From: a virus
IMG/VR virus record: IMGVR_UViG_3300025671_000038
Reading direction: 5' to 3' (one strand)
DNA length: 64,000 bases
This document shows positions 7,263 to 16,876 of the stretch, one piece after another (within the stretch, counting starts at the first letter, position 1; every line of letters begins with the position of its first letter). The notes below the pieces were generated by a model, which was given only the letters and a program-made list of their open reading frames with translations, made no database searches and was not told the DNA's origin. The translations under genes and the position numbers were made by a program.

Positions 7263-8429
7263 TCAGGATTCATCTTTTTCAAACCTTCTTAGCATCCAAA
7301 ATTTATCTATGCTACTCACGGGAACTTCCTGAACTATGTGGTGCTTATAATCGTCCAAATCACTTTGGACCTTAAATTCCAGATATAATGAACCCTCGGA
7401 CTCCGGAATATTTCCGATGTGACCTGAGTGGAAAGTCCTCCAATCTCCAGGACGGAAATCTACTTCAGCGGGGATTTCTATGACTTCTTCACCCACCCTC
7501 GCTTTACTTTCGGTAACCTTGAAGGAGATCTTATCGGACCAGTTATATGCAGCTAGAATAAATCCATATTCTTCGCCCTCCTTGTAGGGGAAAAAAGAGT
7601 ATTTGAGGTATTCTATGGCTGTAACCTTACTGGAATTCCTATTGGGAGGTCTATTTAGTACAGCGCTATATGAAGACACCTCTTTGCTGTTTTTTCCCCA
7701 ATATTTATTGAAGAATTCCTCTTCGTCAACATACACGATGGAATTATCCCCAGAAGAAAATGCTACGGACTCAATTATCTCTTCAAAAAACATATTCCTA
7801 AACGTGCTAAACCAGGAAAGACTATTCTTTTCCCATTGTGAAGAGAAGATCCCGTTTTCCCGGAATACCTTAGTTCGGTATATCATAAATCCCCCGCTCA
7901 CGAACCCCTCGTTTTTCCTCATGAGAAACAGGGAGTCTTTACCCGAAGAAATTATCTCACCTATCGAATCTTCAATAATCCTACTGAAGTCAACCTCAGG
8001 TTTAGAGTAGTCATATTCCATGTAAATCGACCACTCAAATGAATTCTGATAAGCTATTTGGGTACCATTTTTTATTAAACTCAAGGCGGACCTTTGGTGG
8101 GGAGTGGAGGCAAGAAAAGATTGTAATTTACCAAATCCTGATATGCTATACCAAGTGGACCACCTTTGAGAAATATCGCTCTCCCCGAAAAGGTGGCAGT
8201 AGTTTATTAGTTCATACTCATCGACAAATATATTATTAGAATCAAAAATGAGATAGTCACAAACCTCCGAAATTTTATCGAGACCATAACTACAGTGGGT
8301 ACTAAAACAAACCCGAACTCCGCTTTTTTTCAATGAAAGCAGAAGATCCAAAGTGTGAGCTAGTTTCCCAGGAGTATCCTGATGGGCACCTACTATGACT
8401 AGGGTTTTCGGCAGATAACTATTTTCCAT
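7263..8429 (-). CDS. Hypothetical protein, possibly glycan-modifying
   Basis: 388 aa; overlaps the upstream GNAT gene; N-terminus VIVGAH...VCFSTH...CDYLIFDSNN resembles phage glyco-cluster proteins. Confidence 0.5.
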   Translation of the reverse strand: MENSYLPKTLVIVGAHQDTPGKLAHTLDLLLSLKKSGVRVCFSTHCSYGLDKISEVCDYLIFDSNNIFVDEYELINYCHLFGESDISQRWSTWYSISGFGKLQSFLASTPHQRSALSLIKNGTQIAYQNSFEWSIYMEYDYSKPEVDFSRIIEDSIGEIISSGKDSLFLMRKNEGFVSGGFMIYRTKVFRENGIFSSQWEKNSLSWFSTFRNMFFEEIIESVAFSSGDNSIVYVDEEEFFNKYWGKNSKEVSSYSAVLNRPPNRNSSKVTAIEYLKYSFFPYKEGEEYGFILAAYNWSDKISFKVTESKARVGEEVIEIPAEVDFRPGDWRTFHSGHIGNIPESEGSLYLEFKVQSDLDDYKHHIVQEVPVSSIDKFWMLRRFEKDES

Positions 8430-8994
8430 CTTTTGGTGTATAAGATAAGTTACACAGCCCGAACATCCCCACGACCCTATCCAATTTGTTCCAGTCTTCT
8501 CTCAGAATTCCCAGAAATATGCTATCCAGATATTGACCACACTTATGTATGCATTTTTTCTTTATACCCTCCTGCTCAAATCCAACCCAAAGAGCACTTT
8601 TCAAGCTGGCTATATTGTTCTCCAGGACTTCGGTATCAATTCTATTCATATTTAGAACCTCAAACCCAAAATCTACCCCCGCCTCAAGAACGGGCTTGGA
8701 ATATCCCTTCCCTCTGTGATCACTTAATACATCATGGGCAGAATCATACCTTCGATTCACCCAATCTATATTTTGTATCTTGTATAAGCCAACCATATCC
8801 CCATGATTATTTATAGCTTTAAGAATCAATGATTTAGAACTGTCAAGTGAAGAAAACCATCTCTCCTGATCCTCAGAGTTAACAAAAGCAATATTATGAG
8901 TACCAAACCAGGACTCGTTCTTTAGATCCTTGAGAATCTGGAGATCCTCATGCTCTATCTTTGTTAGGGTTATCCCGTTCTTGTGTTTATACAT
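8419..8994 (-). CDS. GNAT acetyltransferase (PseH/RimJ-like, probable amino-sugar N-acetyltransferase)
   Basis: HRGKGYSK acetyl-CoA motif; VLENNIASLKSALWVGFEQEG; directly follows a DegT aminotransferase. Confidence 0.8.
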   Translation of the reverse strand: MYKHKNGITLTKIEHEDLQILKDLKNESWFGTHNIAFVNSEDQERWFSSLDSSKSLILKAINNHGDMVGLYKIQNIDWVNRRYDSAHDVLSDHRGKGYSKPVLEAGVDFGFEVLNMNRIDTEVLENNIASLKSALWVGFEQEGIKKKCIHKCGQYLDSIFLGILREDWNKLDRVVGMFGLCNLSYTPKDGK

Positions 8995-9053
8995 AATGAA
9001 AACCTAAATGAACTTATTGGTAATAGGGTTATCCGAACCTATGGAAACTATTT

Positions 9054-10241
9054 CTACCATCCCTTCTTGATGCAATCAGCAATATATTCTCTCTGTTCGC
9101 TTGTTACCCACCATCCTACCGGGATAGAAACGATATTTCCTATTGTTTTATCTAGTGTGGGTAAAGATGTCCGATATTCAGAAACGCATGTGTGTTTATC
9201 ATTCCTCTCGTGAACTTGTGATACAGAAATTCCACACTCATCCATCCATTTATAGAATCCGTCCCGGTCTTCCACAAGCATGGAATATATCCAGAAAGCA
9301 GAATCAAATCCAGGCTCTCTTTTAAGTAGACTAACCCCCTTAACCCCAGCCAGTTCATCGTCATAGTAGGAAGCATTCGATCTGTGCTTACCTATAATCT
9401 CATCAGCGTGCTTCAAGTTCTCCATTCCGACTGTTGCACAAACATCGTTCATATGGAATTTATATCCCCATTCCTCTATATCTGCCTCACACCTGAAGTC
9501 CTTTCTATCGCCATCTCGGTCTATACCATACCACCTTATTAGCTTAGCCCTTCTGTGAAGCTCATTGTGAGGAGATATTAGGATTCCTCCATCTATCGAA
9601 GTAACATGCTTAATGGCTTGCAGAGAAAACATTGTTAGATTGCCATGGTTACCTATTAGCTTGTTTTTGTACCTAGATCCAAATGAATGTGCCCCGTCTT
9701 CTATCACAACTGGTTTGAATCCTATCCTGTAATAGGCTTCCTCCTGTATCTTCCTGACCTTATCAAGATCATTTGGGTAACCTCCCCAGTGAACCAGCAT
9801 AATAGCCTTAGTCTTCGGCGTTATCTTCCTTGCCAGGTCGTCAAGATCCATATTTAAGGTGGTTGGATCTATATCGACCCATTTTATATTGAGTCCGTTA
9901 GCTAGAATAGGCCAATTGGAAGCAGTGCAAGTCATCGGAGTTGCTAAGACCTCATCACCTGGCTGTAACCCGGGCCAATCTTGGTCAGTTGACACAGCGC
10001 CATGATACACAACACTCGATGTCGCTGGCCTTTTAATTAAGTGCAAAGCTAAATGGAGAGCGGAGGTACCTGAATTTACGGTTGAGATATAATCATGGTT
10101 AAAATATCTCTTCAGGTCATTTTCAAATTCTTCTACCTTGGGTCCTTGACCTATATAGCCGCTGTTTAAAACATCAGCAACTTTCTCCCCAGCATCAGGG
10201 GACATAAAAACTTTAAATAAGGGGATGTTACTTTTTTCCAT
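9054..10241 (-). CDS. DegT/DnrJ/EryC1/StrS PLP-dependent sugar aminotransferase
   Basis: NSGTSALHLAL; VIEDGAHSFG; FSLQAIKHVTSIDGG (PLP Lys); GYKFHMND. Start set at MEKSNIPLFKV. Confidence 0.93.
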   Translation of the reverse strand: MEKSNIPLFKVFMSPDAGEKVADVLNSGYIGQGPKVEEFENDLKRYFNHDYISTVNSGTSALHLALHLIKRPATSSVVYHGAVSTDQDWPGLQPGDEVLATPMTCTASNWPILANGLNIKWVDIDPTTLNMDLDDLARKITPKTKAIMLVHWGGYPNDLDKVRKIQEEAYYRIGFKPVVIEDGAHSFGSRYKNKLIGNHGNLTMFSLQAIKHVTSIDGGILISPHNELHRRAKLIRWYGIDRDGDRKDFRCEADIEEWGYKFHMNDVCATVGMENLKHADEIIGKHRSNASYYDDELAGVKGVSLLKREPGFDSAFWIYSMLVEDRDGFYKWMDECGISVSQVHERNDKHTCVSEYRTSLPTLDKTIGNIVSIPVGWWVTSEQREYIADCIKKGW

Positions 10242-10302
10242 CTTGAGACCACATTTGTAATCTATACACGCCGGAGATTCGAAAGTTTCGTAGATATAAA
10301 AC

Positions 10303-10332
10303 AAAAATCCCTGACCTAAAAAGGCCAGGGAT
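10303..10332 (-). terminator. Intrinsic terminator
   Basis: ATCCCTGGCC-loop-GGTCAGGGAT then TTTT; closes the RNA elements upstream. Confidence 0.65.
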
Positions 10333-10343
10333 CATTAAAAAAC

Positions 10344-10509
10344 GGGATCGTGATTCGTGTTTTTCTTCCCGGCGGAATATCCCCTTTTACGTCAGGGAAA
10401 TTGGACGTGGGAACTTTTTTTAAAGTGGTTAATTCCCAATCATGTCCACTCTGAAGTCGGAATGAACCCGACATCTCTGCTAGTATTAGGTGATTGCTGC
10501 ACCGATCCC
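10344..10509 (-). ncRNA. Candidate Y-like structured RNA (about 165 nt)
   Basis: 5'/3' stem GGGATCG/CGATCCC; GCAGCAA; T-loop-like GTCGG-GTTCATT-CCGAC; GGAC/GTCC and TGGGAA/TTCCCA helices; downstream of the Ro-like gene. Confidence 0.45.
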
Positions 10510-10515
10510 CTTACC

Positions 10516-10572
10516 AGGCTTCATCTTTTTTCCAATATATTTGCTGTATAATGAATTTGCTGTAAGAAGCCT
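10516..10572 (-). ncRNA. TACAGCAA stem-loop element, copy 3
   Basis: AGGCTTC...GAAGCCT stem with two TACAGCAA copies. Confidence 0.5.
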
Positions 10573-10585
10573 ATGTTTTTATATT

Positions 10586-10879
10586 TCAAAGTACTCTTTT
10601 TTCCCTCAGGTCCCTAAAAATCTCATCGATATGTTTCTGCTCAATGAAAATTTTGCTATCCCAGATGGCATTAAATAACCTTACAATTTCTTGCTCTAGA
10701 TAACTCTCAGGTTCAAACAACGATGATCTGCTTCCCTTAACTACCTCATGAAGCAAGTCCGAAACATGACCCTCCTGAACTACCAATCTAGCCAGCTCGT
10801 CCCTTTCCCTCTCCGAGCAATTTAGCCAGTAATCTTCTGGATCTATATCAAGGGAATTGTTTAATTCAAATTCTGCCAT
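10586..10879 (-). CDS. Hypothetical protein
   Basis: 97 aa, starts 6 nt after the DUF2828 stop. Confidence 0.65.
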   Translation of the reverse strand: MAEFELNNSLDIDPEDYWLNCSERERDELARLVVQEGHVSDLLHEVVKGSRSSLFEPESYLEQEIVRLFNAIWDSKIFIEQKHIDEIFRDLREKRVL

Positions 10880-10885
10880 AATCTC

Positions 10886-12334
10886 TTAAGTTATAACATT
10901 CTTATACCTTTCCGAGAGAATAGTTTCGTCCATGATCTGCTGTGGGGAAATAATGTCACCCTTCAGAACACTCTTAAGGATAGAGGGGGAGAATCCAGAG
11001 ACCAGAGCAGTACCGGACTCATCAAAAGATACCGGAACGTTGTCTCCCCTAGAATGGATGTTCCAATAAACGATCTTAGGAACTTTGTATCCTGCTTCGT
11101 TAAACATTGTCTTCACCATCTCCTGCGCGGTTGGATTCCAGGTATCTTTGCTTTGCTCGCCCCATCCGAGAATCTCCTTCGTTTGATTCGTTGCCTGATT
11201 AAATTCCATGTCAGATAGAATCAATAGGGTAGAAGGCATCTCGCTCTCGGGGACTGAATTCTTTACTGCTTGATTAAGAATCAGTTCATAAACTGCCTGA
11301 AGGTTAGTGCTCATCCCCCAGTCAGACCTTCTCAATTGATGATATCTATCTTGGAGACTTCCGTTCAATACCTCTAGTTTAGGATCGGAAGAGAAAGTTA
11401 TGAAAGCATCTTTAAAGCTACCCTCGTTCCTCTCAGAGATATAAAGACCCAGAGATATGGCTACGGACATACAGGTGAGATTTGGGTTTCTACCTGCAGC
11501 ACACGACATAGAACCAGAGACGTCAACCACCGGAAGTATCATTCCGTTTCCACCTTCCATATAGTTAGGCAAAGCCTTCCATTGCTCGTTTGCAATTTCA
11601 GGATCACCAAAATCAAGGGACTTGGTTATGTCATAAGGATAAACGGCGGATGCGTTAATCTTAGCAGTTCCTTCTTTTAGTGCCTTCTTATATTCTAGGT
11701 ATTGTTCCTTAGCATTCTTAGTAAATGCGTTTTGGTATCTAGCGGAAGCTAGAGATGGCAATTTACCAAAATCAATGGATTCCCATTCACCCGAACACAT
11801 CTTAGTTTCAACCACGTCGGTTAGGGAAACTAAAAGCTTTCTGTATTCCTTGGGCGATAGCTTCATGTAATTCCTGAGTTTAGCCGCTACCCTTCCCTTC
11901 CTTGGCATCCATTTAGCACAAAGACCATCTTTATTAGAAAGAGCTTCAGCAATTAAAGCAAAGGCATCTTTTTCAACGCGGGTACCGCACAAGCTCAATA
12001 CATCGTCCCATCTGCCGTAAAAGGGTATGAGTGAGAGATTGGATTTAACAATCAGATCTTGAGTGTTACCCAAATAAGAAATAATATCTCGAAATATTTG
12101 TCTCTCTCCAGCTCCGCCTCTAACATCCCTAGCCCAGAAGAGAATTTTCATCGCTCTCTCCTGATCTTCATTGTAGGCGAGAGAAAAATTACGAAGCAAT
12201 CTTTCCTTGTCCTCCCCTCTCATAGCTCCTATCTTAAAGAAAAGATCCACACAGAAGTTCAGAGATGAAGAATTCGTTGCCATACCATTCTCGGTAACCG
12301 AATCCTTTGTTCTAAGGGCATTTACTAGTTTCAT
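10886..12334 (-). CDS. DUF2828 / TROVE (Ro60)-like protein with vWA domain
   Basis: TENG..T.SSS; FWARDVRGGAGER; YGRWDD; LCAKWMPR; MIDAS VVDVSGSM; ILSDMEFN; SGFSPS. Confidence 0.8.
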   Translation of the reverse strand: MKLVNALRTKDSVTENGMATNSSSLNFCVDLFFKIGAMRGEDKERLLRNFSLAYNEDQERAMKILFWARDVRGGAGERQIFRDIISYLGNTQDLIVKSNLSLIPFYGRWDDVLSLCGTRVEKDAFALIAEALSNKDGLCAKWMPRKGRVAAKLRNYMKLSPKEYRKLLVSLTDVVETKMCSGEWESIDFGKLPSLASARYQNAFTKNAKEQYLEYKKALKEGTAKINASAVYPYDITKSLDFGDPEIANEQWKALPNYMEGGNGMILPVVDVSGSMSCAAGRNPNLTCMSVAISLGLYISERNEGSFKDAFITFSSDPKLEVLNGSLQDRYHQLRRSDWGMSTNLQAVYELILNQAVKNSVPESEMPSTLLILSDMEFNQATNQTKEILGWGEQSKDTWNPTAQEMVKTMFNEAGYKVPKIVYWNIHSRGDNVPVSFDESGTALVSGFSPSILKSVLKGDIISPQQIMDETILSERYKNVIT

Positions 12335-12398
12335 AATTTCCTTTTTTCAGAATCTTCTATCGAAGGGAGGGATTTTTGTTCCTTTTTTAAAGACGGTG

Positions 12399-12406
12399 CA
12401 AATTTA
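12399..12406 (-). promoter_or_regulatory. Bacteroidetes-type -7 promoter element
   Basis: TAAATTTG upstream of the Ro-like gene. Confidence 0.55.
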
Positions 12407-12441
12407 GATAACCAGATCGTACTAAAAAAATTTCTACTAAT

Positions 12442-13113
12442 TTATTTCTTGCTAGAAATGACCTCATCAATGATTCCGTAATCTACCGCTTCCTTTGCGT
12501 CCAGCCAGAAATCCCTGGTAGCATCATTCTTTACTTCCTCTGGATCCTTGTCGCAGTATGATCCAAGAAGGTCGAATAGGATGTTGTTGTATTTGTCCCA
12601 TTCTTTGTAATCAATTTTAGCATCTTGTATATTTCCTCTAAATCCTCCGGATGATTGGTGAAGCATTACTTTCGAAAATCTGAGAGAATATCTTTTGCCC
12701 TTAGTTCCAGCCCCCAGCAATATGGATCCCATAGAAGCTGCCATACCGGTGTTAACTGTAGCTATGTCGGATTTGATATAATCCATCACATCGACCATCG
12801 ATAGTCCAGATTTGACTGACCCCCCGGGAGAATCAATGTGCATTGTAATGTCCTTTTGACCTACAGAATCAAGAAACATCAGCTGCGCTTGAACAATTGT
12901 TGACATCTTATCGTCAACCACGCCGGAGACCCACAGAAGCCTATCCATCATTAATCTGGAAAATATATCCATCTGCGTAGCTCTCAGCTCTCTTTCCTCC
13001 AGGATATATGGAGTAAGAGAAGACTCGATCATATTCTCATAGTACATCATATTCAATGAGCTAATTCCGTGATCGCTCATTGCATATCTTTTAAACTCTT
13101 CCTTGTGGTTCAT
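12442..13113 (-). CDS. clpP: ATP-dependent Clp protease proteolytic subunit
   Basis: IDSPGGSV; GMAASMGS (Ser); MLHQ (His); RDFWLDAKEAVDYGIID (Asp). Confidence 0.96.
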   Translation of the reverse strand: MNHKEEFKRYAMSDHGISSLNMMYYENMIESSLTPYILEERELRATQMDIFSRLMMDRLLWVSGVVDDKMSTIVQAQLMFLDSVGQKDITMHIDSPGGSVKSGLSMVDVMDYIKSDIATVNTGMAASMGSILLGAGTKGKRYSLRFSKVMLHQSSGGFRGNIQDAKIDYKEWDKYNNILFDLLGSYCDKDPEEVKNDATRDFWLDAKEAVDYGIIDEVISSKK

Positions 13114-13295
13114 TTATTTTGCTTTAGTGTTATACTAAGGGCTTCGTTCAGCATCTTCTGTGTTACCTTAATCTCCTCTACAACGTCTAGTATATTAATA
13201 CCCCTGTTCTTAGAGATTGCTAGATCCTCCATGTCGTTAACTACTGAGGTTAATTTGGAATCAGCCCCCTGGATTAATGATTTTAACTGTTTCAT
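13110..13295 (-). CDS. Hypothetical protein
   Basis: 61 aa, 4-nt overlap with clpP; TATTTTTG promoter-like motif at 13323-13330. Confidence 0.55.
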   Translation of the reverse strand: MKQLKSLIQGADSKLTSVVNDMEDLAISKNRGINILDVVEEIKVTQKMLNEALSITLKQNK

Positions 13296-13364
13296 ATTAA
13301 GTACTTTTTGTCTAACTTACTACAAAAATACCTGAAACAGACGTTTTGAAAAAATTTTTTGAGA

Positions 13365-13688
13365 TTAAATCAGTGAAGTATTTACAGATCTATTCGCTAC
13401 TCCATTAACCCCGGATATACCTGAATAAAGTGTAGCAACACTCTTAATCGTGCTATCCCACGGAGAGTAATTCTCAAAAAATCTCTTCATGGGAGTGAAT
13501 GAAGTAACCTGTGCCTTATCCATATTACGGGATACTCCGCATCTTATCCTACCCCTTCCGTGGTCAGGATGGTCAAGGTCCACATATATTACCCCTCTCC
13601 CGTCCAATCCCCATCTGATATTGGAGCAGCAAACCTGGGTTCCCCCAGATTCTTCAAAGAATTCCTTTAGCTTGTCAACTAGATTCAT
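13365..13688 (-). CDS. Hypothetical protein
   Basis: 107 aa, overlaps the thioredoxin stop. Confidence 0.6.
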   Translation of the reverse strand: MNLVDKLKEFFEESGGTQVCCSNIRWGLDGRGVIYVDLDHPDHGRGRIRCGVSRNMDKAQVTSFTPMKRFFENYSPWDSTIKSVATLYSGISGVNGVANRSVNTSLI

Positions 13689-13987
13689 GGAAGATTAGAG
13701 TCTATTATATCTTGGAGCTGACTCTTCTGTTTAAGACCTATTGCTCTTTGGACCTCTTCATCACCTTTGAAAAATACAACCGTAGGTATATTTCTCACAT
13801 TGAATTGTTTTGAAAGGTCCTGTGATTCGTCAACATTTACCTTGATTAATTTTACTCTAGGATTTTCTTCTTCCACGGAGTCCAGTATTGGACCCATCAT
13901 TTTACAAGGCCCACACCAGGGAGCCCAAAAATCAACCATAGTTAGGTCGGAACCTTCCATTTCTTTAATCAGCTCTAAAGCATTCAT
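13685..13987 (-). CDS. trxA: Thioredoxin
   Basis: DFWAPWCGPCK; cis-Pro NIPT. Confidence 0.96.
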   Translation of the reverse strand: MNALELIKEMEGSDLTMVDFWAPWCGPCKMMGPILDSVEEENPRVKLIKVNVDESQDLSKQFNVRNIPTVVFFKGDEEVQRAIGLKQKSQLQDIIDSNLP

Positions 13988-14070
13988 ATCTTTGGGTTTT
14001 TAATTTTCCAGATTTTAAGCATACTTATTAGACCTAAGTCAGGGTAATATTTCGACCAAGTCTTCAACAT

Positions 14071-14391
14071 TTACCCCATGATAGTTTGGACCATATCCGG
14101 TTGTGTCCTGTAAATGATTTGAGGATTCGGAGCCATTATGACAGATATACCATCAGAAAGATCCTGTAAACCCGAGATATAATCCTTAACTGCATCTTTC
14201 AAGGATGGATCCAATGAAAGCTGGCTCATAACATCATTAACTATCTCATCCAATGAGTTATTAAACTCCTCCGGATCATGGAATTTGAAGTACTTCTCAT
14301 ACTTCCTTACGAAATTCTTAATCATCTCCTGCTGGGGCAGGGATAAAGATAGGTTGGACATAAAGTCGTCAAATTCAAAAATTCTCCTCAT
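14071..14391 (-). CDS. Hypothetical late protein with capsid-targeting-like N-terminus
   Basis: MRRIFEFDDF; GATAAATA at 14416-14423. Confidence 0.65.
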   Translation of the reverse strand: MRRIFEFDDFMSNLSLSLPQQEMIKNFVRKYEKYFKFHDPEEFNNSLDEIVNDVMSQLSLDPSLKDAVKDYISGLQDLSDGISVIMAPNPQIIYRTQPDMVQTIMG

Positions 14392-14493
14392 TACATTAAA
14401 GTAGCATGCTTTATCTATTTATCCTACACTGAAACAAAAAAGGACATCAGTTCTATATTAATATATAGTGATATACATTAACACTAGAACAAT

Positions 14494-14817
14494 ATGACTG
14501 AAGAAGAAACGCCAGACGTACAAATTGAGGATACCCTTGATCTAGAGGGAATCGAAGAAGAAGGTATGGAGGAATCTCCAGTAAACCAAGAATTCCCCGA
14601 AGAAAGGGATGAAACGCAAAGTCAAGACTTCCAGGAGGATCCTCCGGCAGCAGACGGAGATTTTAATGAAGCCCCCTCTGATGTAAATTCACAAATGGAA
14701 TTACCAGACGATCAGGTAAACCCCGAACAGTCATATCAAGATCTTACACAACAAGAAACCTCACCAAGCCCAGGTAGGGTGATGAGGTTTGAGGATTTTA
14801 TAAAAAATCAGTCCTGA
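14494..14817 (+). CDS. Acidic disordered protein ending in RVMRFEDFIKNQS
   Basis: E/D/Q/P-rich; divergent from its neighbour. Confidence 0.65.
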   Translation: MTEEETPDVQIEDTLDLEGIEEEGMEESPVNQEFPEERDETQSQDFQEDPPAADGDFNEAPSDVNSQMELPDDQVNPEQSYQDLTQQETSPSPGRVMRFEDFIKNQS

Positions 14818-14997
14818 TCAATCGCCAGAACCAGACCTTCCAAGGTCCCTCCTAATCAATCTTCTCACATAGTGTGATATTGATTCGGGGGGTTCACCTT
14901 TTGTTAAAGCTTTTTTAGATATCTTCTTGCTTAACTCCTCTAGGTCTTCACTAGACAGTAGAACCTGGATTTTTTCAGTTTTTTCTTCTTTAGCCAT
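14818..14997 (-). CDS. Small ribbon-helix-helix-like DNA-binding protein (not in ORF track)
   Basis: MAKEEKTEKIQVLLSSEDLEELSKK...SISHYVRRLIRRDL; GATATATA at 15023-15030. Confidence 0.6.
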   Translation of the reverse strand: MAKEEKTEKIQVLLSSEDLEELSKKISKKALTKGEPPESISHYVRRLIRRDLGRSGSGD

Positions 14998-15039
14998 TGC
15001 TGATCAGTTTTTTTCTCGTAATTATATATCTAATAAGTT

Positions 15040-16518
15040 CTAGCTATCCGAGCTAAACTCTATCCCACCGTGACGTTTCCCCTTTGCTTTGAGCGGTGCG
15101 TATTCAGACATCGGCTCAGATATTACAAATGCTTTATGCGGATTTACCATAACTCCAAGTCTTTTCATAAGCTTCCTGTTGATTAAAAGCGGAGTAGATT
15201 TGGATATTCTATCGGTAGGAGCAATTCTTACATTAGGGATCTTTACATCATTGAAAACTAGATCAACCTCTATTATAGGTCTCTCGATGGTTTCACGGCC
15301 AACCTCGGTATTGGTGTAACCAACTATCTTATTCTCAAGCTCCACATCACCTATCTTCCAAAGGAGCTTATCGCCCTCTACACTAATTTCATCCGCGTGT
15401 ATGGAGCTCGCAGTAGAACCATTTCCGGTATCGAACTTGGCTACAAATTTTCCTATCTGTGGAATCTCTACTGTCTCCAAATAACCAACTTCCATCTTCG
15501 TGTATGACCAGTTGTTTTTGTCAACTATAAAATCTATCACATCACCGACGATAGGTTTTCCTATAGCCTCCGATATTCCCTCCGTGCCTGGCGAGGAGTT
15601 AACTTCCAGAACATATGGATTCCCAGATTGAGAATCTATCATAATATCAACACCACACCAGTGACAAGATACTGCATTAGCAGATTCGCAAGCTATCTTC
15701 TCAATCTCCTCAGTTAGCTCATACGCAGAAACGCTACCGCCTAATGAATAATTAGTTCTGAAGTCCTTTTCAACTGCCTCTCTTTTCATAGCGCCAAGAA
15801 TCTCGCAGTTGTCCTTTCCCGGATTCAGAGGATCGAATTTCTTGGTAATAACCTGAACTCTAACATCGAAATTGGAGTCAATCTTTTCTTGCAGCAGTAT
15901 CTCCCCGTCAGGATCAAGCTTTCTTATTGTCTGGTAAACCGACTTAAGTGAAGCATAAGAATCTACTATGGATACTCCTATACCTTGAGTCCCCGATAAT
16001 AGCTTCATGACTACTGGAAATTCTCCTCCTACTTCTTCAAGGGACCTATCCAAAGTCTCTTCTCCGCTTACGAGGGAATATCTAGGAACCGGTATACCGG
16101 CGTCTTCGAGAACCTGCGAAGTTAGGTATTTACTTTCACACACCTCGATGGATTCGAGAGAATTGAGACAAAAGTATCTGGAGTTCTCCAATTCGGACAT
16201 GATCCTCTTGGTGTAGGAATTGGTTATTACCCCTCTCCTTGGTACTACCGCTGTTGTTTCAGGACGTATCAAGATCTCAACTACCTCATCCCCGTTTTCT
16301 TCCCTAAGAAGATGTCCATTATAGACTTTTTCCAGTACACAATTATTAACATTAACTACTCTACACTCTATTCCCCGACTAGAGCATTCTTCGACGAAAG
16401 ATTTAGCAGTTTTACTAGGGGAAGATTGCCCGCTTAAGATAAGGATATCTACTGATTCCCTCTCTTCCGCTTCATTAAGAAAAGATTTATAGCTAAGTGC
16501 CGGGGATATTTTTCCCAT
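15040..16518 (-). CDS. RimK-family ATP-grasp ligase fused to a retropepsin-like (RimB/PF05618-type) protease
   Basis: FPVVMKLLSGTQGIGV; LLQEKI; GVDIM; LEVNSSPG; C-terminal AKFDTGNGS...RPIIEVDL...LLINRKLM. Confidence 0.88.
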   Translation of the reverse strand: MGKISPALSYKSFLNEAEERESVDILILSGQSSPSKTAKSFVEECSSRGIECRVVNVNNCVLEKVYNGHLLREENGDEVVEILIRPETTAVVPRRGVITNSYTKRIMSELENSRYFCLNSLESIEVCESKYLTSQVLEDAGIPVPRYSLVSGEETLDRSLEEVGGEFPVVMKLLSGTQGIGVSIVDSYASLKSVYQTIRKLDPDGEILLQEKIDSNFDVRVQVITKKFDPLNPGKDNCEILGAMKREAVEKDFRTNYSLGGSVSAYELTEEIEKIACESANAVSCHWCGVDIMIDSQSGNPYVLEVNSSPGTEGISEAIGKPIVGDVIDFIVDKNNWSYTKMEVGYLETVEIPQIGKFVAKFDTGNGSTASSIHADEISVEGDKLLWKIGDVELENKIVGYTNTEVGRETIERPIIEVDLVFNDVKIPNVRIAPTDRISKSTPLLINRKLMKRLGVMVNPHKAFVISEPMSEYAPLKAKGKRHGGIEFSSDS

Positions 16519-16597
16519 CTGGATTTTTGTTTTTTGTATATATCATACAATGGACAGGATAGATTTATCCTTCCACACATTCTTCTGAATGAGTGGA

Positions 16598-16876
16598 TCA
16601 ATGATCCATCTTTTCCTGATACAACTCAGAGATGATGTAACTTACCTCTAGTGCTGCCTTTATCTCCATTAGCTTCTCACATTTATCGTATCTCTCCTCG
16701 AGAAGGAAAAAATCCAACATCTCCTGGATACGTTCCAGCTTGTATTTTGGACTTAGACAATCCTCCCGTATAAACTCAAATGTATTAAGTTCTATAACAT
16801 CGAAATTCTGGTACATCGAATCACGATATGATTCGAATTCAGCATCCATGTCCTTATCTAAATAAGTCTCATTCAT
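16598..16876 (-). CDS. Hypothetical protein
   Basis: 92 aa; FLLEERYDKCEKL resembles a UVR-type helix. Confidence 0.55.
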   Translation of the reverse strand: MNETYLDKDMDAEFESYRDSMYQNFDVIELNTFEFIREDCLSPKYKLERIQEMLDFFLLEERYDKCEKLMEIKAALEVSYIISELYQEKMDH

